Positions 12,446 through 24,469 of a stretch of DNA of 64,000 nucleotides are shown here, in pieces. Both the position numbers and the translations under genes were made by a program. Position 1 is the first letter of the stretch; each line of letters starts with the position of its first letter. The stretch lies in assembly GCA_030390025.1 (NCBI GenBank), contig CM059432.1, forward strand, positions 7,688,001 through 7,752,000, read 5' to 3'. Source of the stretch: Squalus acanthias (taxonomy: Eukaryota). Below the pieces are notes generated by a model. That model searched no databases. It saw only the letters and a program-made list of their open reading frames with translations, and had not been told where the DNA came from.

Positions 12446-13100
12446 ACATAAGAACGTAAGAAATAGGAGCAGGAGTCGGCCATTCGGCCCCCTCGAGCCT
12501 GCTCCGCCATTCAATAAGATCAGGGCTGATCTGCTACCTCAACTCCACTTTCCTGCACTATCCCCTTATCCCTTGATTCCCTTAATATCCAAAAATCTAT
12601 CGCTCTCAGCCTTGAATATACTCAAGGATTCAGCCTCCACAGCCCTCTGGGGTCGAGAATTCCAAAGATTCACCACCCGCTGAGTGAAGAAATTTCTCCT
12701 CATCTCAGTCCTAAATGGCCGACCCCTTATTCTGAGACTGTGACCCCTGGGTCTAGACTCCCCAGCCAGAGGAAACATCCTCCCTGCATCTGCCCTGTCA
12801 AGTCCTGTAAGAATTTTAGATGTTGCAATGAGATTACCTCTAATTCTTCTAAATTCTAGGGAATATAAGCCTAGTCTCCTCAATCTCTCCTCATAGAACA
12901 ATCCCAGGAACCAGTCTGATGAACCTTTGTTGCACTCCCTCTAAGGCAAGTATATCCTTCCTTAGGTAAGGAGACCAAAACTGTACACAATACTCCAGGT
13001 GTGGTCTCACCAAAGCCCTATATAATTGCAGCAAGACTTCCTTACTCTTGTACTCCAATCCTTTTGTAATAAAGTCTAACATACCATTTGCTTTTCTAAT
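12446..13100 (-). mobile_element. CR1 LINE 3' fragment
   Basis: ORFs 12566-12901(-) and 12891-13265(-) carry CR1 C-terminal motifs. Confidence 0.9.
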
Positions 13101-13269
13101 TGTATATATAAATAACGAGAGATGTACAATAAATGCCAGCCTTGGCGACATCCGCATCCCGAGAATGATTAATGAATTTTTTATAACGCTGTATTCCCAA
13201 TAGCTGCCCTCACCAACATGTGTAGCCAAAATAAGATTTGTGGGAACAAATATTCGCTCGAACAAATAT

Positions 13270-14085
13270 TCGCTCTCAGGCTGAGGGTGTCACTGGCAAG
13301 GCCACACTTATTGCCCTTCCCTAGTTGCCCTGAGAAGGTGGTGGTGGGCCTTCACCTTGTGGTAATGGTGCTCCTACAATGGTGTTAGGTGGGGGCTTTT
13401 TGGATTCCGACCCAGCGATGATGAAGGAACGATGATATATGTCCAAGTCAGGATGGTTGTGTGACTTGGAGGGGAGTTTAGAGGTGGTGATGTTCCCACA
13501 ACCTTGCTGCTCTTGTGCTTCTTGGTGGTAGAGAGGTCTCAGGGGAGGGAGATGCTGCTGAAATAACCTTGGTGAGTCGCTGCAGTGCATCCTGCTGATC
13601 GTATATACTGCATCCACACCGCGCCAGTGGTGGAGGAAGTGGACATTGAGTCCAGTGGCAGGGACAACATTTCAGCAAATTGCTCTAGCCTGGATGGTGC
13701 CGAGCTTCTTGAGTGTTATTGCAGCTGCACCCATTCAGGCGAACGGTGATTATTCCATCACACTCCTGACTTGAGCCTTGTAGATAGTGGAGAGGCTTTG
13801 AATGGGTCAGGAGGTGAGCTACTCCTTGCAGGAGTACCCAGCCTCTGTCCTGCTCTTGTACCATGGTTGATCCAGTTCAGCTTCTGGTCAATGGTGACCC
13901 CTAGATGTTGATGGTGGGGGGAACTCGGTGATGGTGGTTGACCATTGGAGGTCAAGGAGAGGTGGCTGACGGCTATTGTTGGAGATGGTCATTTCCTGGC
14001 ACTGATGGTGTGAGTGTTACCTGCCACTTGTCAACTCAAGTCTGGATGTGATCCAGGTCCTGCTGCAGGTTGGCACGGGCTGCTT
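13270..14085 (-). mobile_element. LINE family B 3' fragment (degenerate)
   Basis: LGVTIDQKLNW and MHCSDSPRLFQQHLP motifs, homologous to 32797-33692. Confidence 0.82.
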
Positions 14086-14395
14086 TATTATCCATACCCT
14101 CCTGGAACCCCCCTCCACCGACGATGTACCTGAGCACCAACCGCGTGTCTCTGAGCTGCCCGATATTCACAAGTCAGAGCTCGGCGAGGAGCCTCTGGAT
14201 GCCCAATTCATGTGGGCAACTGGCCGGGTCTATGTCAATGCCGCCCGGCTATTAACCTGGACTGGGCCTCTCGCGGCACCATGTTCTCCCAGCTGGCCTC
14301 CCAGTAGTTAAAGATCCCCCTCATAACACGCACGCATTTTGTCATTATTTGTTTTACATATTAGTTTTCGGACTTTATATCAGAGGGTAGATATT

Positions 14396-14882
14396 CCTCG
14401 GCTGCCCATGTCCTAACTCGCGCCAAGTCCCGCTCATCCCTCACCCCTGTGCTCGCTGACCTACATTGGATCCCGGTTAAGCAACGCCTCGATTTCAAAA
14501 TTCTCATTCTTGTTTTCAAATCCCTCCATGCCCTCGCCCCTCCCTATCTCTATAACCTCCTCCAGCCCCATACCTGCGCTCCTCTAATTCTGGCTGCTTG
14601 AGCAGCCCTGATTTTAATCGCTCCGCCATTGGCGGCCGTGCCTTCAGCTGCCAAGGCCCTAAGCTCTGGAAATTCCTCCCTAAACCTCTCCGCCTCTCTA
14701 CCTCTATTTCCTCCTTTAAGACGCTCCTTAAAACCTACCTCTTTGACCAAGCTTTTGGTCACCTGCCCTGATATCTCCTTATGTGGCTCGGTGTTAAATT
14801 TTGTTTGATAATTGCTCGTATGAAGCGTCTAGGGACATTTTACTATGTTAACGACGCTATATACATACAAGTTGTTGTTGTT
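14396..14882 (+). mobile_element. L2 LINE 3' end
   Basis: Translates to SAAHVLTRAKSRSSLTPVLADLHWIPVKQRLDFKILILVFKSLH, a typical L2 C-terminus, followed by a (TTG)n tail. Confidence 0.88.
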
Positions 14883-15012
14883 CCAAGTCTTCACAGTGGC
14901 AAGGAATTCTACAACCGTTGTTGTGAATGGAGCTGAACGCTGAGGAACCCTTAGCAAACAATCCCACTACTGACCGTATGGCAGAGGAAAGGTCATTGAT
15001 GAAACAGCTTTA

Positions 15013-15487
15013 GGTGTCAGCCGTGGCTCACTCGATAGCACCTTCGCCTCTGAGTCAGAATATTTTAGGTTCAAGTCCCACTCCAGAGAGTTGAGCACAA
15101 GAAAAATCCAGACTGCCTCTCCAGTGCAGTACTGAGAGAGTGCTGCACTGCTGGAGGTACCGCCCTTCAGATGAGACGTTAAACCGAGGCCCCGTCCGCC
15201 CTCTCAGGTGGACGTAAAAGATCCCATGGCACTCTCCGAAGGGGAGTTTTCCCCGGTGTCCTGGCCAATAGCGATTCCTCAACCACCATCACTAATACAG
15301 ATTATCTGATCAGTATCACGTTGCTGTTTGTGGGAGCTTGCTGTGCGCAAATTGGCTGTTGCGTTTCTTACATTACAACAGTGACTCCACTTCAATAAAA
15401 AGAGTGCTCCATTGGCTGTAAAGCACTTTGGGACGTCCTGAGGTCCTGAAAGGCGCTATAGAAATGCAAGTTTTTCTTTCTTTCTTT
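15013..15487 (+). mobile_element. Full-length Deu-SINE
   Basis: Homologous to 9357-9830. Confidence 0.9.
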
Positions 15488-15597
15488 ATAGATGGTTGGA
15501 CGATGATGTTGATATCTTAGTGTAGATGCTCTGAGCCCTCATATGTGTGAAGGTATCTCGCATGGCACAAGTATGCATTATAAAATCATAGACACAA

Positions 15598-15915
15598 TGC
15601 CCACCAAAACCCGCGACCTCTTCCACCTAGAAGGACAAGGGCAGCAGGTGCATGGGAACACCATCACCTCCAAGTTCCCCTCCAAGTCACACACCATCCT
15701 GACTTAGAAAGTATATCGCCGATCCTTCATCATCACTGGGTCAAAATCCTGGAACTCCCTCCCTAACAGCACTGTGGGAGCACCTTCACCACACGGACTG
15801 CAGCGGTTCAAGAAGGCGGCTCACCACCACCTTCTCAAGGGCAACTAGGGGTGGGCAATAAATGCTGGTCTTGCCAGTGACGCCCGCATCCCATAAAAAC
15901 GAATAAAAAAAATTA
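15598..15915 (+). mobile_element. LINE family B 3' end
   Basis: Matches 33385-33692. Confidence 0.85.
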
Positions 15916-16431
15916 AAAATTATTCTGATTCATGCTTTTCAATGCAAAATAGACAGGCAGGAAAACATATAGGGACAAAAATATCCTCTCCTAGCTAATG
16001 ATTGGCAAAAACATAAGAAAGCTTGAAACTAGAAAAGCCAATTTACTTGAGCAAACCCACTACTTTCTACAGACAATGTACACTCTACCCAGTCCTCGAT
16101 TCCACCAGATCCATTTTTATTTCCCAAGGGGAAGTCCTGTATCAATACTCCCTGACGTCTAAAGGTAATTGCGCAAAAGTCCACATTTAAAATCACATCT
16201 CCACTGTTCAACCCTGATCGGCGCCCCCTCCACAGACAGCATTACCCCTCCTCCCCACTCCCCAGCCTGAGAAACAGGAAGGGGCAGAGTGCCACTTTTG
16301 TATTTTCACCACTCCAGTTGCAGCTGAAAAAGAGCGTTGGCTGTCAGGAAATCCGACGGGATTTGTTCCCGACCACTGCGCCTGGTTCCGAGGTCACCCA
16401 ATTGCTTTTATGGCACACGGAGCTTCCATCA

Positions 16432-16715
16432 GAATCATCGAATGATACAGCACAGAAGGAGGCCCTTCGGCCCATTGTGTCTGTGCTGGCTCTTTGAAAG
16501 AGCTCTCCAATTAGTCCCACACCCCCTGCTCTTGCTCTATAGCCCTGCAATCTTTTCATTTTCACATATTTATTCCAATTACCTTTTGAAAGTTACTATT
16601 GAATCTGCTTCCACCGCCCTTTCAGGCAGCGCGTTCCAGATCACAACAACTCGCTGCAGGAAAACATTTCTCCTCATCTCCCCCTCTGGTTCTTTTGCCA
16701 ATTATCTTAAATCTG
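16432..16715 (-). mobile_element. CR1 LINE 3' fragment
   Basis: (GAATCATA)-type tail and 3' UTR in antisense. Confidence 0.85.
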
Positions 16716-17158
16716 TGTGGAGAGAGGTAACATGCCCCGCTTCGGCAGACAGGCTGATGGAAGCTCCTCTTCTTAATGGGGCCTGTGGCAGGGGAAGCCA
16801 GTGGCATCACCATGAGATAAAAGCTTTTTCGGTCGCACTCCAGTCAGAGTATGCTACGCTTTGCGTGGTACTGCATGAAAGAGGGCATGCCAGGGTGACC
16901 GTAAGTCAGCGCTACCTGCTGACTTGCCAGCAAACATTTCTGCCAACCCTGGTAGACCTACCCGGGAATTTATTCCCTTGGGGTTAAATTAGGAGGACAA
17001 ATTGCGGTGACTAGGCTTGTGTTCCCTTGAGTATAAAGATTAAGGGGTGATCGAACTGAGGTGTTTAAGAAGATTAAAGGATTTGACAGGGTAGATAGAG
17101 AAGAACCATTTCCTCTGGTTGGGGGAGTTAAGAACAAGGGGGCATAACCTTAAAATTG

Positions 17159-18462
17159 GGGGTACGGTAACATAGTGGTTATGTCACTGGACTAGTAATC
17201 CAGAGGCCTGGACTGATGATCCGTGGGACATGAATTCTAAATCCCACCCTGAGAGCTGGGGAATTTAAATTCAATTAATTAAATAAATCTGGAATTAAAA
17301 AGCGAGTATCAGTAATGGTGACCATGAAATTACCGGATTGTCATAAAAACCCATCTGGTTCACTAATGTCCTTTAGGGAAGGAAATCTGCCGTCTTACCC
17401 GGTCTGGCCTATATGTGACTCCAGACCCACAGCAATGTGGTTGACTCTTAACTGCTGCCCTCTGAAATGGCCCAGCAAGACATGCAGTTGCACCAAATCG
17501 CTAGGACAAAGGCCTTCATTACATAATGGCCCAGAAATTTGACTCGGAGGCTTGCCACGGGGGTAAGGATCGCGCGCGATATCACACTCCGCGCCGGCCG
17601 TTGTGTTTTGGGCCCACAGGAACTTCGGGTCCTGGGCCTCTCCCTAGTGCCGGCGCGCAGTGCTTGCGTGTCCCAGGGGCGCAGTTAGTGCGATGCGACC
17701 TCTGGGATCACGTGGGCCATGGAGAGCCAATGGCAGCAGACCATCTTTCATTCATAGATTTGACAGGAGACCTGTCAAATCTGTGAATTGAAAGAGACCC
17801 CAAAAGAACAGCTAAACCTCAAATAAATTTAAAAAAAACACCATCACATTAATAAAATAACTATAGTTAAATAAATTAACCACTTTAAACAAAAATTTAA
17901 ATTTTTGAAAAAATATTTTTTTTTAAAAAAAGTTATAAAAATAAACTTACCTTTCTTTAAAGACTCTAAAAAAGTTAAACCTGTTGAAAAAAATTAAAAA
18001 TTATACTTAATTAACTACTTACCTTGTTCAAAAGGGGTCTTACGCCTCCTTTTTTCTTGTGTAAAATCTTCCATACTTACCCTCGCGTTGAAACCTGAAA
18101 AAAACCTAAGTGTGCTGCGTGCGCGCAGCCTGTAGTGCGCACGCGGTTCACCTAGGAACCGCCCCCTTCACCAGACCGGTACTCTCCCGTATTCGGCCGA
18201 ATTTTTGGGCCAATGTTTCCCACATTACAACAGTGACTCCACTTCAAAAGTACTTCATTGGCTGCAAAGCGCTTTGGGACATCCGGTGGTCGTGAAAGAC
18301 GCTATATAAATGCAAGTCTTTATTTTTTTTTATTTTTTCACCACACGGACTGCAGCGGTTCAAGAAGGCGGCTCACCGCCATCTTCTCGAGGGCAATTAG
18401 GGATGGGCAATAAATGCCGGCCTTGCCAGCGACGCCCACATCCCGTGAATGAATTTTAAAAA
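17159..18462 (+). mobile_element. SINE family B (head 17159-~17500, LINE-B-like tail 18338-18462), interrupted
   Basis: tRNA-like head, conserved body and LINE-B tail flank the inserted elements. Confidence 0.78.
17528..18211. mobile_element. Harbinger-type MITE (family M1, second copy)
   Basis: TIRs GGCCCAGAAATT / AATTTTTGGGCC, exact AAT TSD, colinear with 9913-10678. Confidence 0.88.
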
Positions 18463-18805
18463 GCTAGGCCGTTCAGGGGTGATGTCAGGAAGCACCTCTT
18501 CACACAAAGGGTAGTAGGAATCTGGAACTCTCTCCCCCAAAAAGCTGTTGAGGCTGGGGGGGGGGGGGGGGGGTCAATTAAAATTTTCAAAACTGAGATT
18601 GATAGTTAGGCAAGGGTATTAAGGACATGGAAGCAAAGCGGGTAGATGGAATTAAGATACTGATCAGCCATGATCTAATTGAATGGCGGAACAGGCTCGA
18701 GGGGCTGAATGATCATACCACTAATCCCTCCTCTATCTACCAGTTCTTGGATGAATTTTGTGATCTGGCAGCATGAAATTTCTCCAACTATCAAAGAGAT
18801 CATAT

Positions 18806-19380
18806 GGGCCTAGAAATTAGGGCTCATAGCCCCCATTTTTCAGGTGCTTTGCAGACATCTAAACCCCCAAAATGGCAGGCAGGAAGCGCGTGCTCACGAC
18901 CGGCAGGATGTGCGCCACCCGCCATATTGGGTAAGGACAAACTTAGGGCTCCTTCGCCTGAAGTAGTCGTGTGAAAGTAAGGGGCCAAACGTCTGCTTGA
19001 GGTCCCCGCTGCAACATTGGCTTGCCCTGAGGCAACCAGTGCCATCGTGCCCCGGTCTCCCTGCCCCGCAACTCCAGGTTCCCCGACCCCTGCCAATCCA
19101 GGCTCCTCGACCCCCCCCTACCTTCGACCCCTGACCTCCGTCCCAGGCCCAGATCCTGCGGGCCATAGCCGGCTGCATCCCCCGCCCACCCCCATCCCGC
19201 AGTCACCGATTCCTCCCTGACCTCTGTTTCGCCCCCACCGGCCACCGCTTACCTGAGGGCTACCTCGGAGTCAGCAGCGGCCTGGCTTTTGTCCCGTCTT
19301 CCCCGCAGTAGTCCTCGCGCAACACCGGCCCCATGGCAATGAGGTCCGAAACCCAACATCCGGGGCTCCTCGCATCTCTC
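18806..19380. mobile_element. Harbinger-type MITE, one end visible
   Basis: Starts GGGCCTAGAAATT, GC-rich, truncated by a CR1 3' end at ~19383-19520. Confidence 0.6.
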
Positions 19381-19655
19381 CATACTTGAAATGGATAAAT
19401 TTGCAGGGCTGTGGGGAAAGAGCGGGGGGGGAGTGGGACTAATTGGAGAGCTCTTTCAAAGAGCCGGCACAGGCACGGTGGGCCGAATGGCCTCCTTCTG
19501 TGCTGTAAGATTCTATGATTCCGGAGCAGGATATTTACCCCGGAGGATAACCTGTACAATTTCTGCGACAAAAAGGTGGATTGTTCTGTTAAATCCCATT
19601 CACAACATGTATAAGGTCGACAAAAGTTCATGGGGGGAGGAAATCAACTTCAGCC

Positions 19656-19808
19656 AGTGTGCAAATCGAGCGAGTGTGCAAATCGAGCGAGTGTGCAAAT
19701 CGAGTGAGTGTGCAAATCGAGTGAGTGTGCAAATCGAGTGAGTGTGCAAATCGAGCGAGTGTGCAAATCGAGTGAGTGTGCAAATCGAGTGAGTGTGCAA
19801 ACGAGTGC
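19656..19808. repeat. 17-bp minisatellite (AGTGTGCAAATCGAG(C/T)G) x ~9
   Basis: Direct reading of the tandem units. Confidence 0.95.
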
Positions 19809-19831
19809 TAGATTTCAGGCAGGTCATGTAG

Positions 19832-20292
19832 CTGTCAGCCGTGGCTCAGTGGGTAGAACTCTCGCCTCTGAGTCCAAAGGTTGTGGGTTCAAGTCGCACT
19901 TCATGAGACTTGAGCACAAAAATCTAGGCTGACACTCCAGTGCAGTGCTGAGGGAGTGCTACATTGTCGGAGGTGCCGTCTTTCAGAGAGACGTTGAACT
20001 AAGGCCCCGTCTGCTCTCTCTGGCGGATGTAAAAGATCCCATGGCACTGTTTCGAAGAAGAGCAGGGGAGCTCTCCCTGGTATCATGGCCAATATTTATC
20101 CCTCAATAAAACAGATTATCTGGTCATCATCACATTGCTGTTTGTGGGAGCTTGCTGTGCGCAAATTGGCTGCCGCGTTTCCTACATTACAACAGTGACC
20201 ACACTTCAAAAGTACTTCATTGGCTGTAAAGCGCTTTGAGACGTCCGGTGGTCGTGAAAGGCGCTATAGAAATGCAAGTTTTTCTTTCTTTT
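19832..20292 (+). mobile_element. Full-length Deu-SINE
   Basis: A/B boxes, core and tail. Confidence 0.92.
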
Positions 20293-20747
20293 ATAATGGG
20301 CGGTGGATTCACTCCTTCCCGTTTTACGCCGTCGGTTGAATTTCCGCACCCCCACCAACCCTACAAATTCATGAGAAACAGGAGTGTTGGGAGGGAAGCC
20401 TGAATTGAAACAATAGCAACCTTTGCCACTAATGCCTTTGTAAAGTAATTATATTTTCCTCATCTCGGGGGAAGTGCGTCTGTCAGCCACTCAATACAAT
20501 CAACATCGCGGTCAGTGCAAAGCCACAGAAATCCCTTACCGATGGCTCAAAGGAGCCTGTGCTGTGAAAATTGATTGCCGCGGTCGCTCTGAGTTGCAGC
20601 AGTAAAGACAGGGGATTGAAAGTATTCACTGAGCATGTGGCAGATGTCCGGGAGAGACCACATAACACCACTGTGTGACTGAAGCCAAGTCATTGCTCCT
20701 TTGGCTCTCTCAACAGGCCCTCTGTCTTTTGTCTTCTGCTGTCAGAA

Positions 20748-21178
20748 GTCACTGTGGCTCAGTGGGTAGCCCTCTTGCTGCTGATTCAGAAGGTTGTGGG
20801 TTCAAGTCCCACTCCAGAGACTTTAATACAAAATCTAGGCTGACACTCCAGTGCAGTACTGAGGGAGTGCTGCACTGTCGGAGGTGCCGTCTTTCAGATG
20901 AGACGTTAAACTGAGGCCCCGTCTGCCCCCTCAGGTGGACGTAAAAGATACCAGGGCACTATTTCGAAGAAGAGCAGGGGAGTTATCCCCGGTGTCCTGG
21001 CCAATATTTATCCCTCAATCAACACCACTAAAAAACAGATTATCTGGTCATTACCACATTGCTGTTTGTGGGATCTTGCTGTGTGGAAATTGGCTGCCGC
21101 GTTTCCTGCATTACAACAGTGACTGCACTTCAAAAAGTCCTTCATTGGCTGTAAAATGCTTTGGGACGTCCTGAGGTC
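20748..21178 (+). mobile_element. Deu-SINE
   Basis: A/B boxes and core. Confidence 0.9.
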
Positions 21179-21484
21179 TTTATAGGTGCCTCCAGTCATA
21201 GCTCATCCAGATGTGGGCTATTGCCGCAGCTGGTCATCAGTGCTGACCTCTTTCTATCTGTTGCTGTTCTGTGAGAGGAAACAAAAGAATGTTATTGGGA
21301 AGCCAAGACTGGCCCAGCATCCGTAGAACAAGCAGAAGGGCTCGATTAGCCCTATCATTCCTGTTGCGTTTTCCTCCTATCTGTATGGAAGTGCCTGGCA
21401 TCCCACTTGGTAACAGCCTGAGGAGGCACACAAGGAATGAACTGACTGTATGGGATGTTCCCGGCACAGACCACACATCTGTTA

Positions 21485-22725
21485 AAAAGGCATCCGGGAT
21501 CCTTGGCTTTATTAATAGAGGCTTAGGGCTGGATTTTGATACTGGGGCGGGTTGGGGTCGTGTTATCCACCCGATTGCAATTGGATGTGGGAGATTGATG
21601 CGATTTTCACCTAATTGGGCAATTGAGTTCCAGCATGTGGGAACCCATGAACCAATTAGTGTTTTCAGTCTGAAAGTCACCTCTGATGATGTCATCATTG
21701 CTGCTGCATTGAAGCTCTGCAAAGACTGCCTGGCCTTTGCTGTGAGAGGACCTGGATGCAAAATGAGCAGCAGCCCTAAGTCTGCTCCCAGATATTTTTC
21801 CACCACCACTCCCAGATATGTCATCCATCCATCCATCCAAATGTGCTCCCGCCAGGTTTCACATTCGTGGTTCAGAACAGGGGTGCTTCACGTAGAAAAA
21901 GGGTTAAAATCACAAAGGCCTTTCAAAATGGCATTATAGAGGTAATTTAGTGCTTGTTAAGGGCCTTAATGGCCTATCCCGCCTCTTAGAGACGGGACAG
22001 AGTCGGGACCAGCAGACACGATTTAATGAAAATTGCGTGGAGGCGGGATGGAGGCGGGCTTGTGCCCGCCCACCAGTTTTTGCAATTTTAACCCCCCACA
22101 CGCCTCCAAACCCGCCTCCACGGGTCAATGAAAATCCAGCCCATAGAGTACAAAAGCAAGGAAGTTATGCTAAACTTTTATACATCACTGGCTAGGCCTC
22201 AGCTGGGGTATTGTGTCCCATTATGGCCCACCGCACTAGGAAGGATGTCAAGGCCTTGGAGAGGGTGCAGAGGAGATTTTCTAGAATGGTACCGGGACTT
22301 CAGTTACATGGAAGGACTAGAGAAGCTGGGGTTGTTCTCCTTAGTGCAGAGAAGGTTAAGGGGAGATTTGATAGAGGTGTTCAAAATCATGAATGGTTTT
22401 GTTAGGGTAAATAAGGAGAAACTGTTTCCAATGGCTCAGCAACCAGAAGACACAGACTTAAGGTGATGGGCAAAAGAACGAGAGGCGCCGTGAGGGAAAA
22501 AAATTACGCAGCGAGTTGTTGTGGTCTGGAACGCGCTGCCTGAAAGGGCGGTGGAAGCAGATTCAATAGTAACTTTCAAAGGGGAATCGGACAAAGACTT
22601 GAAGGGGAAAAATTTGCAGGGCTATGGGGAAAGAGCAGGGGGGAGTGGGATTAATTGGAGAGCTCTTTCAAAGAGCCGGAACAGGCACGATGGGCCGAAT
22701 GGCCTCCTTCTCGTGCTGTATGAAT
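21485..22725 (+). mobile_element. CR1 3' fragment interrupted by a MITE
   Basis: GILGFINRG | IEYKSKEVMLN continues across the insert. Confidence 0.88.
21526..22142. mobile_element. Harbinger-type MITE (family M2)
   Basis: Perfect 12-bp TIR GGGCTGGATTTT / AAAATCCAGCCC, flanks TTA/ATA, inserted inside a CR1. Confidence 0.88.
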
Positions 22726-23516
22726 CTCCAACAGCTCAAACTGGGCTAAGCACTTACATGTTCTGCTTTTCATAGACTGTAGGGCGGAGACAGAAAAGAC
22801 CTGCGCTCAACATTAAATCTATTTATGGAGCATGATGCTGAATATATAAATCCATTCAGTACCTACACTCGCCGTACTTGTATTCCCAGTTAGTGAACAC
22901 AAGTACTTTCTTCTAGGTCATTTTTTCTTGTTCGCTAATATGTTGCTCATCCTTGTTTTCAAATCCGCCCCCCCCGGCCTCATTCCTCCCTATCTCTGTA
23001 ATTTCCTCCAGCCCTACAACCCTCCGAGATCTCTGCGCTCCCATGTCAGCTGTGGCTCAGGGGGTTTGCCGGGCTATGGGGAGTGGGATTAATTGGGTGG
23101 CTCTTTCAAAGAGCTGGCACACAGACGATGGGCTGAATGGCCTCCTTCTGTGCTGCATCATACTATAGCAATGCAAGTCTTTCTTTTAACTCAACTACGA
23201 TGCACTACATCAGTGAATAAGTGAACACTCCAATCTGAACTCACCGGCACAGCGAGAGGATTGTGAATCCGTGTGTCTCGGACTTGTCTTTAAGGCTGAG
23301 ATGTCTTTTTTTAGAGGGACCTATTTCTTGCTGACGTACGCTGCTGATTATTTTTTTTGCCATGTATAATATAACATAGTGTGTGATATTACAGTAGAAG
23401 TCTGTATTTATTTTTGACACAGAAGCATTAAGATTTTATATATTATCGTAAAACCAATACATGATCTCCAAAGCTTAGCTTACGCACTTTGCTTTAGAAG
23501 CAGAGTGATCAATCTG

Positions 23517-24432
23517 AAAGAAAGACTCGCATTTATATCGCACCTTTCATGACCTCAGGACGTCCCAAAGTGCTTTAAACCCATTGAAGTACTTTTTAAA
23601 AATAACGTAGTTCCTGTTGTAATGTAGGAAACGTGACAGCCTATTTGCACACAGCAACATGCCACAAATGTGATAACGACCAGATAATTTGTTTAAGTGA
23701 TATTGATTGAGGGATACTGGTTCGACCTCAGCTGGAGTATTGTGTCCAGTTCTGGGCACCGCACTTTACGAAGGATGTCCAGGCCTTAGAGAGGGTGCAG
23801 AAAAGATTTACAAGAATGGTTCCAGGGATGAGGGACTTCAGTTAGGTGGATAGACTGGAGAAGCTGGGGTTGTTCTCCTTTAGAGCAGAGAAGGTTGAGA
23901 GGAGATTTGATAGAGGTGTTCAAAATCATGAAGGCTCTAGACAGAGTACATAGAGGGAAACTGTTCCCATTGGCGGAGGGGTCGAGAACCAGAGGGCACA
24001 GATTTAAGGTGATGGGCAAAAGAACCAAAGGCGACATGAGGGAAAACTTTTTTACGCAACGAGTGGTTAGGATCTGGAATGCGCTGCCTGAAAGGGTGAT
24101 GGAGGCAGATTCAATCACGGCTTTCAAAAGGGAATTGCATAAGTACCTGAAGGAAAAAAATTTGCAGGCACGGGCTCGACGGGCCGAATGGCCTCCTTCT
24201 GTGCTATAACCATTCTATGATTCTATGATATGTTGCCCAGGACACCAGGGAGCACTCACACTGACTGCTCTTCTTCGAAATAGTGCCCTGCATTTTTTAA
24301 CGTCTCGCCCGAAAGGCGGCACCTCCGACAGTGCAGCACTCCCTCAGTACTGCACTGCTGTGTCAGCCTAGATTGTGAGTTCACATTTCTGCAGTGGGAC
24401 TTGAACCCACAACCTTTTGACCCAGAGGCGAG
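23517..24432 (-). mobile_element. Deu-SINE split by a CR1 (halves 23517-23714 and 24229-24432)
   Basis: TTGATTGAGGGATA | ATGTTGCCCAGGACACC continues across the CR1. Confidence 0.78.
23715..24228 (+). mobile_element. CR1 LINE 3' fragment
   Basis: ORF 23895-24209 with FFTQRVVRIWNALP and a (TTCTATGA)n tail. Confidence 0.9.
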
Positions 24433-24469
24433 TCTTTCTTTCTTTCTTTAATCTCCTATATTCATCTTT

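Larger units (their letters stand above)
16985..18710 (+). mobile_element. CR1 fragment split by a nested stack (halves 16985-17158 and 18463-18710)
   Basis: CATAACCTTAAAATT | AGCTAGGCCGTTCAGGGG is contiguous in the related copy at 35698-36275. Confidence 0.8.

Noticed and set aside
5950..16164. Plus-strand exon-like segments (5950-6006, 9133-9305, 16073-16164)
   Set aside because: AG/GT-bounded open frames exist, but the donors are weak and no protein is recognisable. Not supportable without RNA data.
19656..19808. 17-bp repeat as CRISPR or iteron array
   Set aside because: Contiguous tandem units with no spacers
21237..21939. Overlapping 199-aa and 222-aa ORFs
   Set aside because: They span a unique/CR1/MITE junction, form chimeric frames and show no recognisable domain
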